Assembly (NCBI RefSeq): GCF_003428155.1
Contig: NZ_QLIR01000012.1
Coordinates: 31,917-63,916 of the forward strand
Source of the DNA: Fastidiosibacter lacustris
Lineage (GTDB): Bacteria; Pseudomonadota; Gammaproteobacteria; Francisellales; Francisellaceae
Direction: 5' to 3'
Length of the DNA: 32,000 bases
A program made the position numbers and the translations under genes. Positions 9,860 through 19,345 of this stretch are shown piece after piece. The notes beneath the pieces were generated by a model. It had not been told where the DNA came from and made no database searches. It was given only the letters and a program-made list of their open reading frames with translations. The number at the start of each line of letters is the position of its first letter. Within the stretch, counting starts at the first letter, position 1.

Positions 9860-10271
9860 TGTTTTAAATAGCACCTCAGGTATCGCTTATGAGGTATAGG
9901 CTAGAAAGCAATTTTCAAATTACTATAACCAGTTTACTGACGTATTCCGACTGAACTATAGGTTCCCTGCAAAGCCCTCCAATTTTCCCTGTTTTGAAAA
10001 AATAAAATCACTCAATGCCATATACAGTAACGCTTGTAGTGAAAATCAATGTTTCTCTAAAATAAGTTTCGTCAAGGTGCTTTTATCGAGTGGGAGGTGA
10101 GATGATGAGAAAGCGACCTTGACTAACTGTGGCTAAGTATAGTCTAGCAAATATTAAAGCAACTTAATTAGCAAGTATTTTTACCTTTTTTATTATTTTT
10201 TCACATTACATTCATTGATCGCAAAAAAGCAAAAAATAGACGAATAACGCAATAACACAGGAGAAGAAACT

Positions 10272-13200
10272 ATGATGTCAATTGGCGTTGTCAGTTCAGG
10301 CAGCAATGTACACAAGTATTTCATCGACAAAGATAATTACTATTTAACCGATAAGTCTGAGTTAAAAGAAGCGGCAACTTGGTATGGCAAAGGCGCTGAA
10401 TTACTGGGCATTAAAGGTGAGCAAGTCGATGAAAAGTTATTTTTAGATTTACTTCACGGCAGATTACCTAACGGTGAGCAAGTTGGCATTATGCGTGATG
10501 GTTCTTTCAAACATCGCCCTGCAACGGACATTACGTTTTCAGCACCTAAATCGTTATCTATTATGGGTTTGGTTGCAGGTGATACACGCTTGATTGAAGT
10601 CCATAACAAAGCTGTTGAAAAAGCATTAGGCAAGATTGAAGCTTTGTATGCTGAAGCACGTATTACTGAAAATGGCATCACAAGCTATGAAAAAACTGGG
10701 AACTTAACCATTGCCGCCTTTCGTCACACCTCATCTCGTGAAAAAGACCCGCAACTGCATACGCATGGCGTTACGATGAATTTTACGCAAAGAGAAGATG
10801 GGCAATGGCGTGCGCTATCTTCCCGTCAAAAAAATGATGTACAGCATCTTGAAAATGGCTTTAGAGAAATGCTTTATGCCAATCAGCATTACTTGGGCAT
10901 GATTTATAATAGTGAAATTGCTAAAGGCACCGTTGAATGCGGTTATGAAATCAAAGTCAAAGATCAATATGGCAACTTTGATATTGTTGGATTGTCACAA
11001 GACTATCTTGAAAGCCAATCTAAACGCAGAACACAGATTCTCAATAAGCTTGAAGAAAAAGGACTTAACGGTGCTAAAGCTGCACAAAATGCTTGCTTAG
11101 ACAGCCGTATTGCTAAAAGTGATATTTCACCTGATGAATTAAAAGCTGCATGGATTGAAGATGCCAAAGCACAAGGGGTCAGCCTTGGTAAAGTGTTTAT
11201 GGAATCTATAAACAACCTTGAGCAAGATGCAAAAGAAGAAAAGGAAGCAGAAAAGGCAAAAGAAACCAATAGCACTAAAAATAATACGCCGAATGACCAA
11301 CTACCGTCAAAAGCTTATGTCACCAGTGACCTACAAACACACTCACATAACGCCAAAGAAGCCATTAGTGATGCGGTTGCTCATTTATCTCAATATGGCG
11401 TGCAGATAAAGCATGGGGATATTATTCGCCAAGCCTTTGTTTTTTCAGCCGGACTGGTTGAGCATGATCATTTAGAAGCGGTATTGTCGGATAAGCTTAA
11501 AACAGGTGAGCTTATTGGGCGTGAGCATCAATACTATACGACAGATCAATTAGTAAAAGTCGAAAAAGATTTCATGCAGTTTGCTAAAGCATCAATGGTA
11601 AGTGCATGGTCGGTTAACCTTAATCGTTCTGGGTTAGAAGCCTCATTATTTAACCATAAAGACCGCTTGCAATTGATTGATGTTAAAGGCTTGCGCAATG
11701 AAGCAAAACTGATTGACGGACTGGTTAAAACGGCTGAGAACAACGGTTTAAATGTCTATGTATTGCATCAAAACTATTCACGCTTAAATAGGCTTAAAGA
11801 AGATGTTAAACGTGATGGATCAAGCTTATGGAAAGCCTTTAAAAACCATTTTAAGCATGACTTACTGCAAACCGTTGGTAAGTTTGAGCATGATTATACG
11901 CAAAAGCTTAATAATCCTTTTTTTTCTTTTGCTCAATTAAGCCATAAGCAGGACTTAATTATTGTCGCGGATAGCCAAAAACTTGGCATTAAAGACGTTG
12001 AACGCTTAAATACATTAGCCGAAAAAGGGAAAGCTAAGATTGCCTTTTTAAATAATACCGAATCAACCCTTGGCTTTAGTGCGGGCAATCCAATGAAGCT
12101 ATTAAAAGAGTCTGGTGTTAATCAGTTAAGATCACAAAGCATTTCCAAGAACACGCTAGTAGAAGTGGCAAGCTTCAGTGAAGCACACAAAGCTTTAGCA
12201 TATCATTATGTTGGTTTAGATAATGAAGCTAAAAAAAATACGCCGATTGTGGCTTTTACCAATAAAGCACAAGCAGAAATCACTGGTGAGATTCGTGATC
12301 ACTTGAAAGAAAATGGCGAGCTTTCCTTACAGGAAAATCACTACCAAACACTATCAACCAGTCGCTTAAGTGACATTGAAAAAACCAAAACGCAATGCTA
12401 TCAACTTGGTGATAGCGTGACACTGAATCCGTTTGCCCAAGCTGAAGAAAATGGAAAAAGTAAAAGAAGTGAAAAAGGTGAAAAAAATGGCGAAAAGCAC
12501 AAACAGCAAAGTTATCTTGTGACGGGTATAGATCGCGACAATCAAGCTTTACACTTAACGAATCGTCACGGTGAGTCAATACAATTGTCACTGAAAAAAG
12601 AAGATTTATTTCATGCTGATGGCAGCTTTAAAGTTAATTTTGAAGCCAATAAAAGCAAAACAATGGCAATTGCTGTCGGTGAAACCCTACGAGCCACCCG
12701 TAATCTTTATCTGGATTATCAGGCGGATTCAATAGATAACAGTAGTAAAAGTGATAAAAGTGGTCAAAGCGGTGAAAGTAATAAGGATAGCAAAGTTGAA
12801 ACCGTCAAAACAGTTAAAATTGATAAAAACAGCACCTTTAAAGTGCAGTCCATTGCTGAAAATGGTATCCATATTCAGCACGACAATAAAACCATTTTTG
12901 TAGCCAATGAAAAGCTGCAAAGAAGTTTCATTGAGCATGGCTATGTCATTAAACCACATCAGTTAAGCAAGGATACTGATAGTGTTTTAACTGCGCTTTC
13001 AAGTTATCAGGTCAATCAAAATAACATTGGTGAGATTGCTGAGTTTGCGAAAAAAGTCACCCTTTTTACCGATAATCCAGAAAAAAGCACCCAAGCTTTA
13101 AACGCACAGCAAGTTTCATGGTTGGCATTAGATGTCGCCAGTGGCAAAGCACAAAGCTACAACCCGATTGTACGAACAGAAGAAGCCATCAGAAAAGACT

Positions 13201-16200
13201 TAGAGGTGGTGGCTAAAGCCTTATCTGGTGATGACAAAACCAAAGCAGATACGGCCGTTTCTTATGGTATTGCGAAACTGGCTGAGCGTGAGGCAGGCTT
13301 TCAACTGAATGACTTACTCAAAGAGTCGATGAAATATGCCCTTGGCTCGGTATCGCTTGAGGATATTGAAAAAATCATTGCTGATAAATCCAAGCAAGGT
13401 GATTTGTTGGTTACAGGACAAACAGTCACAACAGCTTATGCCTATCAGTTAGAGAAAAATATTATTCAAACGGTTAAAGACAATCACGCCAGTGTTGCAC
13501 CTATTTACGACAAAGTACCTACTTTGAGCCAGGAGATAAGTTTCACCCAAGGACAAAAAGATGCGGTGAGCTTAGCCTTAACCACCAATGATCGTTTTAT
13601 TGGGGTGCAAGGGCTTGCCGGTACAGGAAAAACCACGATGATGAAAGAGTTGAAACAACATGCTGAAAAGGCAGGATTCAATATCATTGGTATTGCGCCA
13701 ACACATAAGGCAGTGCAAATGCTTGATGAGTCTATCAATAAAGAAGTGACTGGTAGTCGCTTTGAAAAAGCGGGGATTCCGGTGATTACTGCACATAGTT
13801 TTATTAATAAAACAAATACAACACATGATGGACACGATACGAACAAGATAGATAACAGCAAAACCCTGTTTATTATTGATGAATCATCGATGTTGGGTAA
13901 TCGGATTTATCATGATATTCAAAAGAAAATTGTTAGTCTCAATGCCAGAGGCATCTTCTCAGGCGATATTAAGCAACAGGTGGCGATTGAAAGCGGGAAA
14001 CCGCAAGAGTTAAGCATGAATAACGGCTTAAAATATGCCTCAATGAATGAAATTGTGCGCCAAAACCCTAACCCACAATTAAAAATGTCGGCTGTATTAG
14101 CAGCAGATAAACAACCGGCTAAAGCATTAATCAATCTTGAAAGTATTAATCCTTTTGATCATATTCAGCGTAAGGATTTTTACAGTAGCGAGCCAATTTC
14201 TTTTATTGAAGTTGGTGCCGCAAAGGATGGTCAAGGCAAAGTATTACTAGATGACAATGGCAAACCCTCGTTAACTAATCTATATGATGTAATTGCTAAG
14301 GATGTATTAACACGCATACCAGAACAGCGCGAAAATACCATTGTGGTTGCTTCAACGCATAAAGATCGCCATGAGATAGATCAACGTATTCGCCAAGGAC
14401 TCATTAATGATGATCACATTAAAAATGAAGTCAATGCAACTCGTTTAATGTCAAAAAACATTGATCAAGCAGATATGTTACATGCTAAAAACTATGAGGT
14501 TGGTGACATACTACGCTTTGAAAGAGGTTACTCAGTTGCCAAAAAAGGGGATTACATGCAAGTGATTGGTATTGATGAAAGCCAAAATAAACTCAATGTG
14601 ATAAACATCGGTGATGGCAATAACTACAGTATCAATCCTGCCAGTATTGCCTTAAAAGCCGATATGAGTGTTTATAAAGAACTAGAAGTACAACTTGGTG
14701 TTGGTGATCGCATCCGACTACGCCAAAGTGACCCTAAGCGTGGTTGGGTCGGTGGTGCTGAGTATAAAGTCAGTGCCATTGAAGATGGTAAGGCTTATTT
14801 AACTTATTTACATCACACGAATGCACAGAATAATAAGCATAATGAAAATAACACGCATACTCATAACCTCACCATTCATCTTACGGATAAAAAAGATCAG
14901 CTTTGGGATTACGCTTATACCAATACAACCTATAGTGCCCAAGGCGCTACGTCCAAATATTTTATTGGGTTAGCCGATGAAAATTATCGTTCGATGTATA
15001 TTCAGCTAACACGCGCAAGCATGCAAGCAACGATATACACAGCGAACAAAGTAAAGCTCCTCAATGGCTTAGAAGATGCTAGACGGCAACTGCAAGCTGA
15101 TAAACTATCCGCTTATGAGATGCTGCATCAAAGCCATCAACAAAAAGAAATTGAAAAAAATGAAACAATTAAAACAATTAAAATAACAAAAGGTGCCTAC
15201 AATAAGCAACATCAAATCAGCAATACTAATGTAAGTGTCGATGGAAAGGGCATACCTATTGCTAAAACACGAGATAAAACAGGGTATACTGCTAAAGAAA
15301 AAATAGAAAAACCAGTTTTAGCTGATGATATTAAGCCACTTTTACGCCAGAGAATGGAGGAGTTAGCGATAAGCTTATTGGGTGAACCTAACAAAGCACT
15401 CTCAAATCAAACCCAGTTACGGTTTGGTAAAAATGGCAGTTTAACGGTGAATTTAGAAAAGGCACAATGGTTCTCACATGAAACTGGCAAGGGTGGCAAT
15501 CCCTTTGATCTCATCAAACATGAGCTGAATTTTAGTGACTTCAAGGATGTCTTGGACTATGCCAAAAAGTTTGTCAATTACACGCCAGATATGCAGTATA
15601 TTGAAGTTAAACCTAAGCCTACTGAGCAAATCAATCTTGAAGATGAAAAACGACAAGAGAGAAAAGAGAAACAAGAGCAAATGAAAGCATTAGGTGATAG
15701 GTTATATCAGCAGTCTGTACCCATTAAAGGCACACTTGGTGAAAAGTATCTAGCAGAATGTAGAGGATTATCATGCTATGAAAATGCAGATATTCGTTTT
15801 GTAAATTCGATCTCTGGCATCGACAAAACAACTGGTAATAGAATCTATACCCCTGCTATTTTATCAGTTGCTAAAGATGATAAAGATGCGCTTCACCATG
15901 TGCAAGTAATTCGATTAAATCAAGATGGCAGCAAAAATAAAGACGTTAAAATCACCAAACAAACTTATGGTAAAATGGATGGCTTTGCTGTGGATTTAAA
16001 CACCAAAGCCGATAAGTCTGTCACCTATCTTGCCGAGGGTGTTGAAACAGGATTATCCATTCTTAATATTCATAAAAATGCACACGTTTTAGCCGTTTTA
16101 GGGAAGTCAAATTTTGCAAATATAAATACAGATAAGCTTGCTGATAAGATAGTTATTTGCCTTGATAATGATTTTAAAGGGAAAGATACATTTAATAATG

Positions 16201-16805
16201 AGCAGAAATTATCAGATCATATTAAATCTATAAAAAGAAACTGTGAACAAATAAATGCGTTAGCTAACCACTTCAAAAGTTACGGAAAAGAGGTACGTTT
16301 TATATTACCAGATAGAGATAAATTTGACTTTAATGATGTATTAAATCAACAAGGATATGCTGAACTTAGCAGACAAGTAAATCAGCTAATAACAGAAAAA
16401 GACTTTAGTAAAATAACGAATAAGTATATTGAAATAAAATTAAATCACATCAATGACGAGATGAGTAAGCACATTAAGTCAATAAAAAATGAATATGAAA
16501 AATCAATTATGCAACATCCTAGTTTAAATCATTTAAACTCATGTCACGATAAGGGCTTATTAATAAATGAGACTATTAATAAATCGAATATTTATAAAGA
16601 TACACTGCTATCAGATCAACGAATAATGGATGCAAAGAAACGTCTTGATAGTCAATTACAAAATCAAATTCGACATGACCAGATTGAAAATATCGTTGGC
16701 AAAATAGATAAAGTAGATAAAATAAATAAGATAGATAAAACACCTAATGCAAAACATCAGGAAACGCTAAAATCACAATCAGTTAATAAGGAAATTGAGC
16801 GATAG
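10272..16805 (+). CDS. traI: MobF-family conjugative relaxase/helicase TraI (TrwC-like) with a C-terminal Toprim/primase-like domain
   Basis: N-terminal Tyr cluster (HKYFIDKDNYY), HRPATDITFSAPKSLSIMG, DPQLHTHGV three-His metal site, helicase Walker A GVQGLAGTGKTTMM, LFIIDESSML. C-terminal LRFGKNGSLTVNLEKAQWFSHETGKGG, TYLAEGVETGLSI and KIVICLDND Toprim motifs. Confidence 0.96.
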   Translation: MMSIGVVSSGSNVHKYFIDKDNYYLTDKSELKEAATWYGKGAELLGIKGEQVDEKLFLDLLHGRLPNGEQVGIMRDGSFKHRPATDITFSAPKSLSIMGLVAGDTRLIEVHNKAVEKALGKIEALYAEARITENGITSYEKTGNLTIAAFRHTSSREKDPQLHTHGVTMNFTQREDGQWRALSSRQKNDVQHLENGFREMLYANQHYLGMIYNSEIAKGTVECGYEIKVKDQYGNFDIVGLSQDYLESQSKRRTQILNKLEEKGLNGAKAAQNACLDSRIAKSDISPDELKAAWIEDAKAQGVSLGKVFMESINNLEQDAKEEKEAEKAKETNSTKNNTPNDQLPSKAYVTSDLQTHSHNAKEAISDAVAHLSQYGVQIKHGDIIRQAFVFSAGLVEHDHLEAVLSDKLKTGELIGREHQYYTTDQLVKVEKDFMQFAKASMVSAWSVNLNRSGLEASLFNHKDRLQLIDVKGLRNEAKLIDGLVKTAENNGLNVYVLHQNYSRLNRLKEDVKRDGSSLWKAFKNHFKHDLLQTVGKFEHDYTQKLNNPFFSFAQLSHKQDLIIVADSQKLGIKDVERLNTLAEKGKAKIAFLNNTESTLGFSAGNPMKLLKESGVNQLRSQSISKNTLVEVASFSEAHKALAYHYVGLDNEAKKNTPIVAFTNKAQAEITGEIRDHLKENGELSLQENHYQTLSTSRLSDIEKTKTQCYQLGDSVTLNPFAQAEENGKSKRSEKGEKNGEKHKQQSYLVTGIDRDNQALHLTNRHGESIQLSLKKEDLFHADGSFKVNFEANKSKTMAIAVGETLRATRNLYLDYQADSIDNSSKSDKSGQSGESNKDSKVETVKTVKIDKNSTFKVQSIAENGIHIQHDNKTIFVANEKLQRSFIEHGYVIKPHQLSKDTDSVLTALSSYQVNQNNIGEIAEFAKKVTLFTDNPEKSTQALNAQQVSWLALDVASGKAQSYNPIVRTEEAIRKDLEVVAKALSGDDKTKADTAVSYGIAKLAEREAGFQLNDLLKESMKYALGSVSLEDIEKIIADKSKQGDLLVTGQTVTTAYAYQLEKNIIQTVKDNHASVAPIYDKVPTLSQEISFTQGQKDAVSLALTTNDRFIGVQGLAGTGKTTMMKELKQHAEKAGFNIIGIAPTHKAVQMLDESINKEVTGSRFEKAGIPVITAHSFINKTNTTHDGHDTNKIDNSKTLFIIDESSMLGNRIYHDIQKKIVSLNARGIFSGDIKQQVAIESGKPQELSMNNGLKYASMNEIVRQNPNPQLKMSAVLAADKQPAKALINLESINPFDHIQRKDFYSSEPISFIEVGAAKDGQGKVLLDDNGKPSLTNLYDVIAKDVLTRIPEQRENTIVVASTHKDRHEIDQRIRQGLINDDHIKNEVNATRLMSKNIDQADMLHAKNYEVGDILRFERGYSVAKKGDYMQVIGIDESQNKLNVINIGDGNNYSINPASIALKADMSVYKELEVQLGVGDRIRLRQSDPKRGWVGGAEYKVSAIEDGKAYLTYLHHTNAQNNKHNENNTHTHNLTIHLTDKKDQLWDYAYTNTTYSAQGATSKYFIGLADENYRSMYIQLTRASMQATIYTANKVKLLNGLEDARRQLQADKLSAYEMLHQSHQQKEIEKNETIKTIKITKGAYNKQHQISNTNVSVDGKGIPIAKTRDKTGYTAKEKIEKPVLADDIKPLLRQRMEELAISLLGEPNKALSNQTQLRFGKNGSLTVNLEKAQWFSHETGKGGNPFDLIKHELNFSDFKDVLDYAKKFVNYTPDMQYIEVKPKPTEQINLEDEKRQERKEKQEQMKALGDRLYQQSVPIKGTLGEKYLAECRGLSCYENADIRFVNSISGIDKTTGNRIYTPAILSVAKDDKDALHHVQVIRLNQDGSKNKDVKITKQTYGKMDGFAVDLNTKADKSVTYLAEGVETGLSILNIHKNAHVLAVLGKSNFANINTDKLADKIVICLDNDFKGKDTFNNEQKLSDHIKSIKRNCEQINALANHFKSYGKEVRFILPDRDKFDFNDVLNQQGYAELSRQVNQLITEKDFSKITNKYIEIKLNHINDEMSKHIKSIKNEYEKSIMQHPSLNHLNSCHDKGLLINETINKSNIYKDTLLSDQRIMDAKKRLDSQLQNQIRHDQIENIVGKIDKVDKINKIDKTPNAKHQETLKSQSVNKEIER

Positions 16806-16887
16806 CTATCACTACATTTTCTATATTTTACTATATTTCACTATAAAAATCCAAAGTAATAATATTTGTCTTTACTTTAATCTCCCT

Positions 16888-17217
16888 TTATTTCCCACTT
16901 TTCCCTTTCAAATAAGCTGATGTTTTGTTTTCAATCATCGTTATCAATGTATCGGCATCAAAGAATTTACCTGTTGTTTTAGTTTTATCAAAGACACAGC
17001 GTATAATCTCTTTAACCACTTCGTTGGTTTCAATGGCATATTTCACACTATCATCTACTGCAAGATCATCTGATGACTTATCTAGCGATGATTTATGCAC
17101 TCTTAATCCTAAATCAAGCATATCAAGCGCAAAGTTAGCCGTTGATTTACTACTGCTTTTGGCATGTTTTTCTAATTCTTCATAGACATTAGCGCCTATA
17201 TCTAATTTCATTTCCAT
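16888..17217 (-). CDS. Small ribbon-helix-helix-like protein, candidate relaxosome accessory factor
   Basis: MKLDIGANVYEELEKHAKSSSKSTANFALDMLDLGLRVHK is RHH-like (one beta-strand plus two helices). Overlaps the stop of the upstream ORF (TGGAAATGA); next to the putative oriT. Confidence 0.55.
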   Translation of the reverse strand: MEMKLDIGANVYEELEKHAKSSSKSTANFALDMLDLGLRVHKSSLDKSSDDLAVDDSVKYAIETNEVVKEIIRCVFDKTKTTGKFFDADTLITMIENKTSAYLKGKSGK

Positions 17218-17705
17218 TGGTTTTTATCCTCTTCAATTGGAATAGTTTTCATGTTATTTCTATCATTTGAAACATAAATATTTTTATATTCTTCACCTTG
17301 AATCTGTCCACATTTTTTCACTGTTTCATCTAGAGAAATGGCGAATATTTTCTTGGCAATCTCGGTATCATTTATCTTGCCTAAAAGACATTTCGTGCTT
17401 ATTTGTGCTGCATGAACAAGGTGAGGTATCATAATATTTATTTGCTCTGTTAACTTTACTAAATGATTAATGTCATCAGAAATAACAACGTTTTTACCTT
17501 GTTTTTCTTCCTTTTTTTCCAATATTTTTTCGCGAATTAAATGCTTAATTGCCAAACCCAATGATGGCTCATTGTTACTTTTTAATAATGCGTTGTCATA
17601 TGCCAATTTGGTTAGATACTTTTCTTCGGTTTCAGATAACCTTAATGAGGTTGGGTATTGTTTTGATTCCATAAGGCGTTTTTGCTTGATTTTTATGTAG
17701 TGCAT
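17208..17705 (-). CDS. RHH-like protein, candidate relaxosome accessory factor (TraY/MobC-like role)
   Basis: YPTSLRLSETEEKYLTKLAYDNALLKSNNEPSLGLAIKHLIREKILEKK is RHH-like. First gene leftward from the putative oriT. The alternative start MESKQ is at 17672. Confidence 0.55.
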   Translation of the reverse strand: MHYIKIKQKRLMESKQYPTSLRLSETEEKYLTKLAYDNALLKSNNEPSLGLAIKHLIREKILEKKEEKQGKNVVISDDINHLVKLTEQINIMIPHLVHAAQISTKCLLGKINDTEIAKKIFAISLDETVKKCGQIQGEEYKNIYVSNDRNNMKTIPIEEDKNQWK

Positions 17706-18009
17706 TGTAGCGCATATAAAGTGGACTTGCTAGCTATTTGTATCACATTTTACTACTTATAACGGTTTTATAAGGCTAGTCTCTGTATTAAATTGTGCTA
17801 CAATCAGGCTAATGAGTATATCCCTTGTACTACAATGTAGTTTTTACATATAAATACTTTACTCTGATGCCAAGAGATGCTTATAAATAAAGGCTTCTCT
17901 ATGTATTATTTTTTGCTACAAGATAATCAGGAGTATTTTTAATGATTTTATATTCGCTAAAAAAAGCCAAAAGCCTTTATTTACAAGACTTTGAATAAGC
18001 CTTTTTAGG

Positions 18010-18060
18010 CAACACTCGATTGCGTGGTGTGTGGCAGGGTCAGGGAGGTCGTGTCGAGGA
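18010..18060 (+). other. oriT: Putative oriT nic region, predicted nick between 18033 and 18034 on the + strand
   Basis: 18021-18035 TTGCGTGGTGTGT|GG versus the remembered F TraI site TTGCGTGGGGTGT|GG: 14/15 identical. A small inverted repeat GCAA(18010-18013)/TTGC(18021-18024) abuts the conserved GTGG, as the F hairpin does. CTCGA/TCGAG brackets the segment (18016-18020 / 18055-18059). Confidence 0.7.
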
Positions 18061-18080
18061 TACCTTGGATTTAATGTAAT

Positions 18081-18099
18081 GATTATGATAATCGTTATC
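18081..18099. promoter_or_regulatory. Fur-box-like palindrome adjacent to the putative oriT
   Basis: GATTATGATAATCGTTATC matches 17/19 of the classical Fur consensus GATAATGATAATCATTATC. Confidence 0.45.
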
Positions 18100-18254
18100 G
18101 TACAGTGTGCGTATGAAAATTGAGCAGACAATCCTATGCCGTTTGAATGGAAATTGACATTTTAAGCCTATACCTTTTAAAAAGATGGAATAAAATTAAA
18201 GGACAATAAAAACAAGATAAAATCGGTTTGATTTTTTAAAAAAATATTATTTTT

Positions 18255-19208
18255 CTATGTAACTTTTTCATATTGATCATTTACATTAATATTCAAAAGA
18301 AAACTAAAAACTTTTACGCAACATTTAACAGCTTCCATATAATCATCATCTGTTAAAAGTGAAAGCCAACTTTCAATATATTTTTCATGATTTTTTATCT
18401 CGCCATTAATACCAAAATGCTTTAATAAAATGGTGCTGCTGATCTCAGCAATTAACTCTTCTTTTGCATAAGACTTTTTGCATGAAAAATTTATTTCTCG
18501 ATTTAATCTGCTTGGATGCAATGTCCAATGCGCTAACTCATGCAAAAGCGTTGCCTGATAGTCTGCCTCAGTTCTAAAATATTTTGGGCTTGGCAGCCTT
18601 ATTTCGTCTAACTCTGGTGAGTAATAAGCTTGACCAATGTCATGATGAACAATTTTTGGATTGTGTGCATTAATCAAGCTTTCGATACCACTATCAGTTT
18701 TTATTTCCTGATCAACATCTTTTAAGGTTGTTTGCGTTAAATTAAAAACGCGGTACATTTTAGGGCATATAGCAGTATATTTGTATTTATCACCCGCTTT
18801 AACTTTAACTAAATGACCATTGTTTTTATATTCATAATCAGTTTTCGCGTCACCTTCCTTTTTGTAAGTTGTAAAGAAAAAGACTTCTTCCGATTTTTCA
18901 CCTTTACGCACACTCCCACCAAGTTCATTTATTTGTTTGAAAGTAAACCATTGATTAGACTTGTATTTATTTTCAAGTTGCGAAAATAATAATTGCAAAA
19001 CGTTAACGCCGTTATATAGTTTTGATTGACTATTAACAGGCAATAACTGACTTCCTGAGCGATCAAAATTATCTACCCAAACGTCTGCGCCTTTTTTGAT
19101 ATTTTCTTTAATCTTTTGAGCAATAGACAAAACATAATCCTGATATGTTGTTTTTACTGTTTTTGAAGTTTTTAAAGTGCTATATTTTTTTACTTTTGTT
19201 GTAGTCAT
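18255..19208 (-). CDS. ardC: ArdC-like antirestriction protein (ssDNA-binding N-terminal domain plus zinc metallopeptidase domain)
   Basis: N-terminal YNGVNVLQLLF / KQINELGGSVRKGEKSEEVFF / YRVFNLTQT motifs and C-terminal ATLLHELAHWTLHPSRLNR (HExxH). SD GGAG upstream of the ATG. Confidence 0.93.
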   Translation of the reverse strand: MTTTKVKKYSTLKTSKTVKTTYQDYVLSIAQKIKENIKKGADVWVDNFDRSGSQLLPVNSQSKLYNGVNVLQLLFSQLENKYKSNQWFTFKQINELGGSVRKGEKSEEVFFFTTYKKEGDAKTDYEYKNNGHLVKVKAGDKYKYTAICPKMYRVFNLTQTTLKDVDQEIKTDSGIESLINAHNPKIVHHDIGQAYYSPELDEIRLPSPKYFRTEADYQATLLHELAHWTLHPSRLNREINFSCKKSYAKEELIAEISSTILLKHFGINGEIKNHEKYIESWLSLLTDDDYMEAVKCCVKVFSFLLNINVNDQYEKVT

Positions 19209-19246
19209 CGTATTATCTCCATTGTTGTGTTGATAACACCTTTTGC

Positions 19247-19321
19247 AACAAGCCTTAAAAAATTAAATGCAAGGGTGCCGCAGGCACTTGCGTAGCCCTT
19301 GCATTTGAATTTTGGCTTGTT
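19247..19321. repeat. Large nested hairpin (imperfect inverted repeat) upstream of ardC
   Basis: AACAAGCC (19247-19254) / GGCTTGTT (19314-19321), then AAATGCAAGGG (19265-19275) / CCCTTGCATTT (19296-19306), with GTGCC-GCA-GGCAC at the centre (19275-19287). Confidence 0.85.
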
Positions 19322-19345
19322 AAAAAAGAAAATATTACTAGGCTA

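Noticed and set aside
10454-15680. Many 60-118 aa minus-strand and +1/+2 frame ORFs inside traI
   Set aside because: They are antisense or out-of-frame shadows of a well-supported 2177-aa CDS, with no independent motifs.
17916-18131. 71-aa minus ORF covering the putative oriT
   Set aside because: It spans the nic-like site and palindromes and its composition is not convincing; likely fortuitous.
19247-19321. Possible integron attC site
   Set aside because: The outer arms AACAAGCC/GGCTTGTT superficially resemble attC ends. There is no clear RYYYAAC/GTTRRRY core pair, no integrase and no cassette array.
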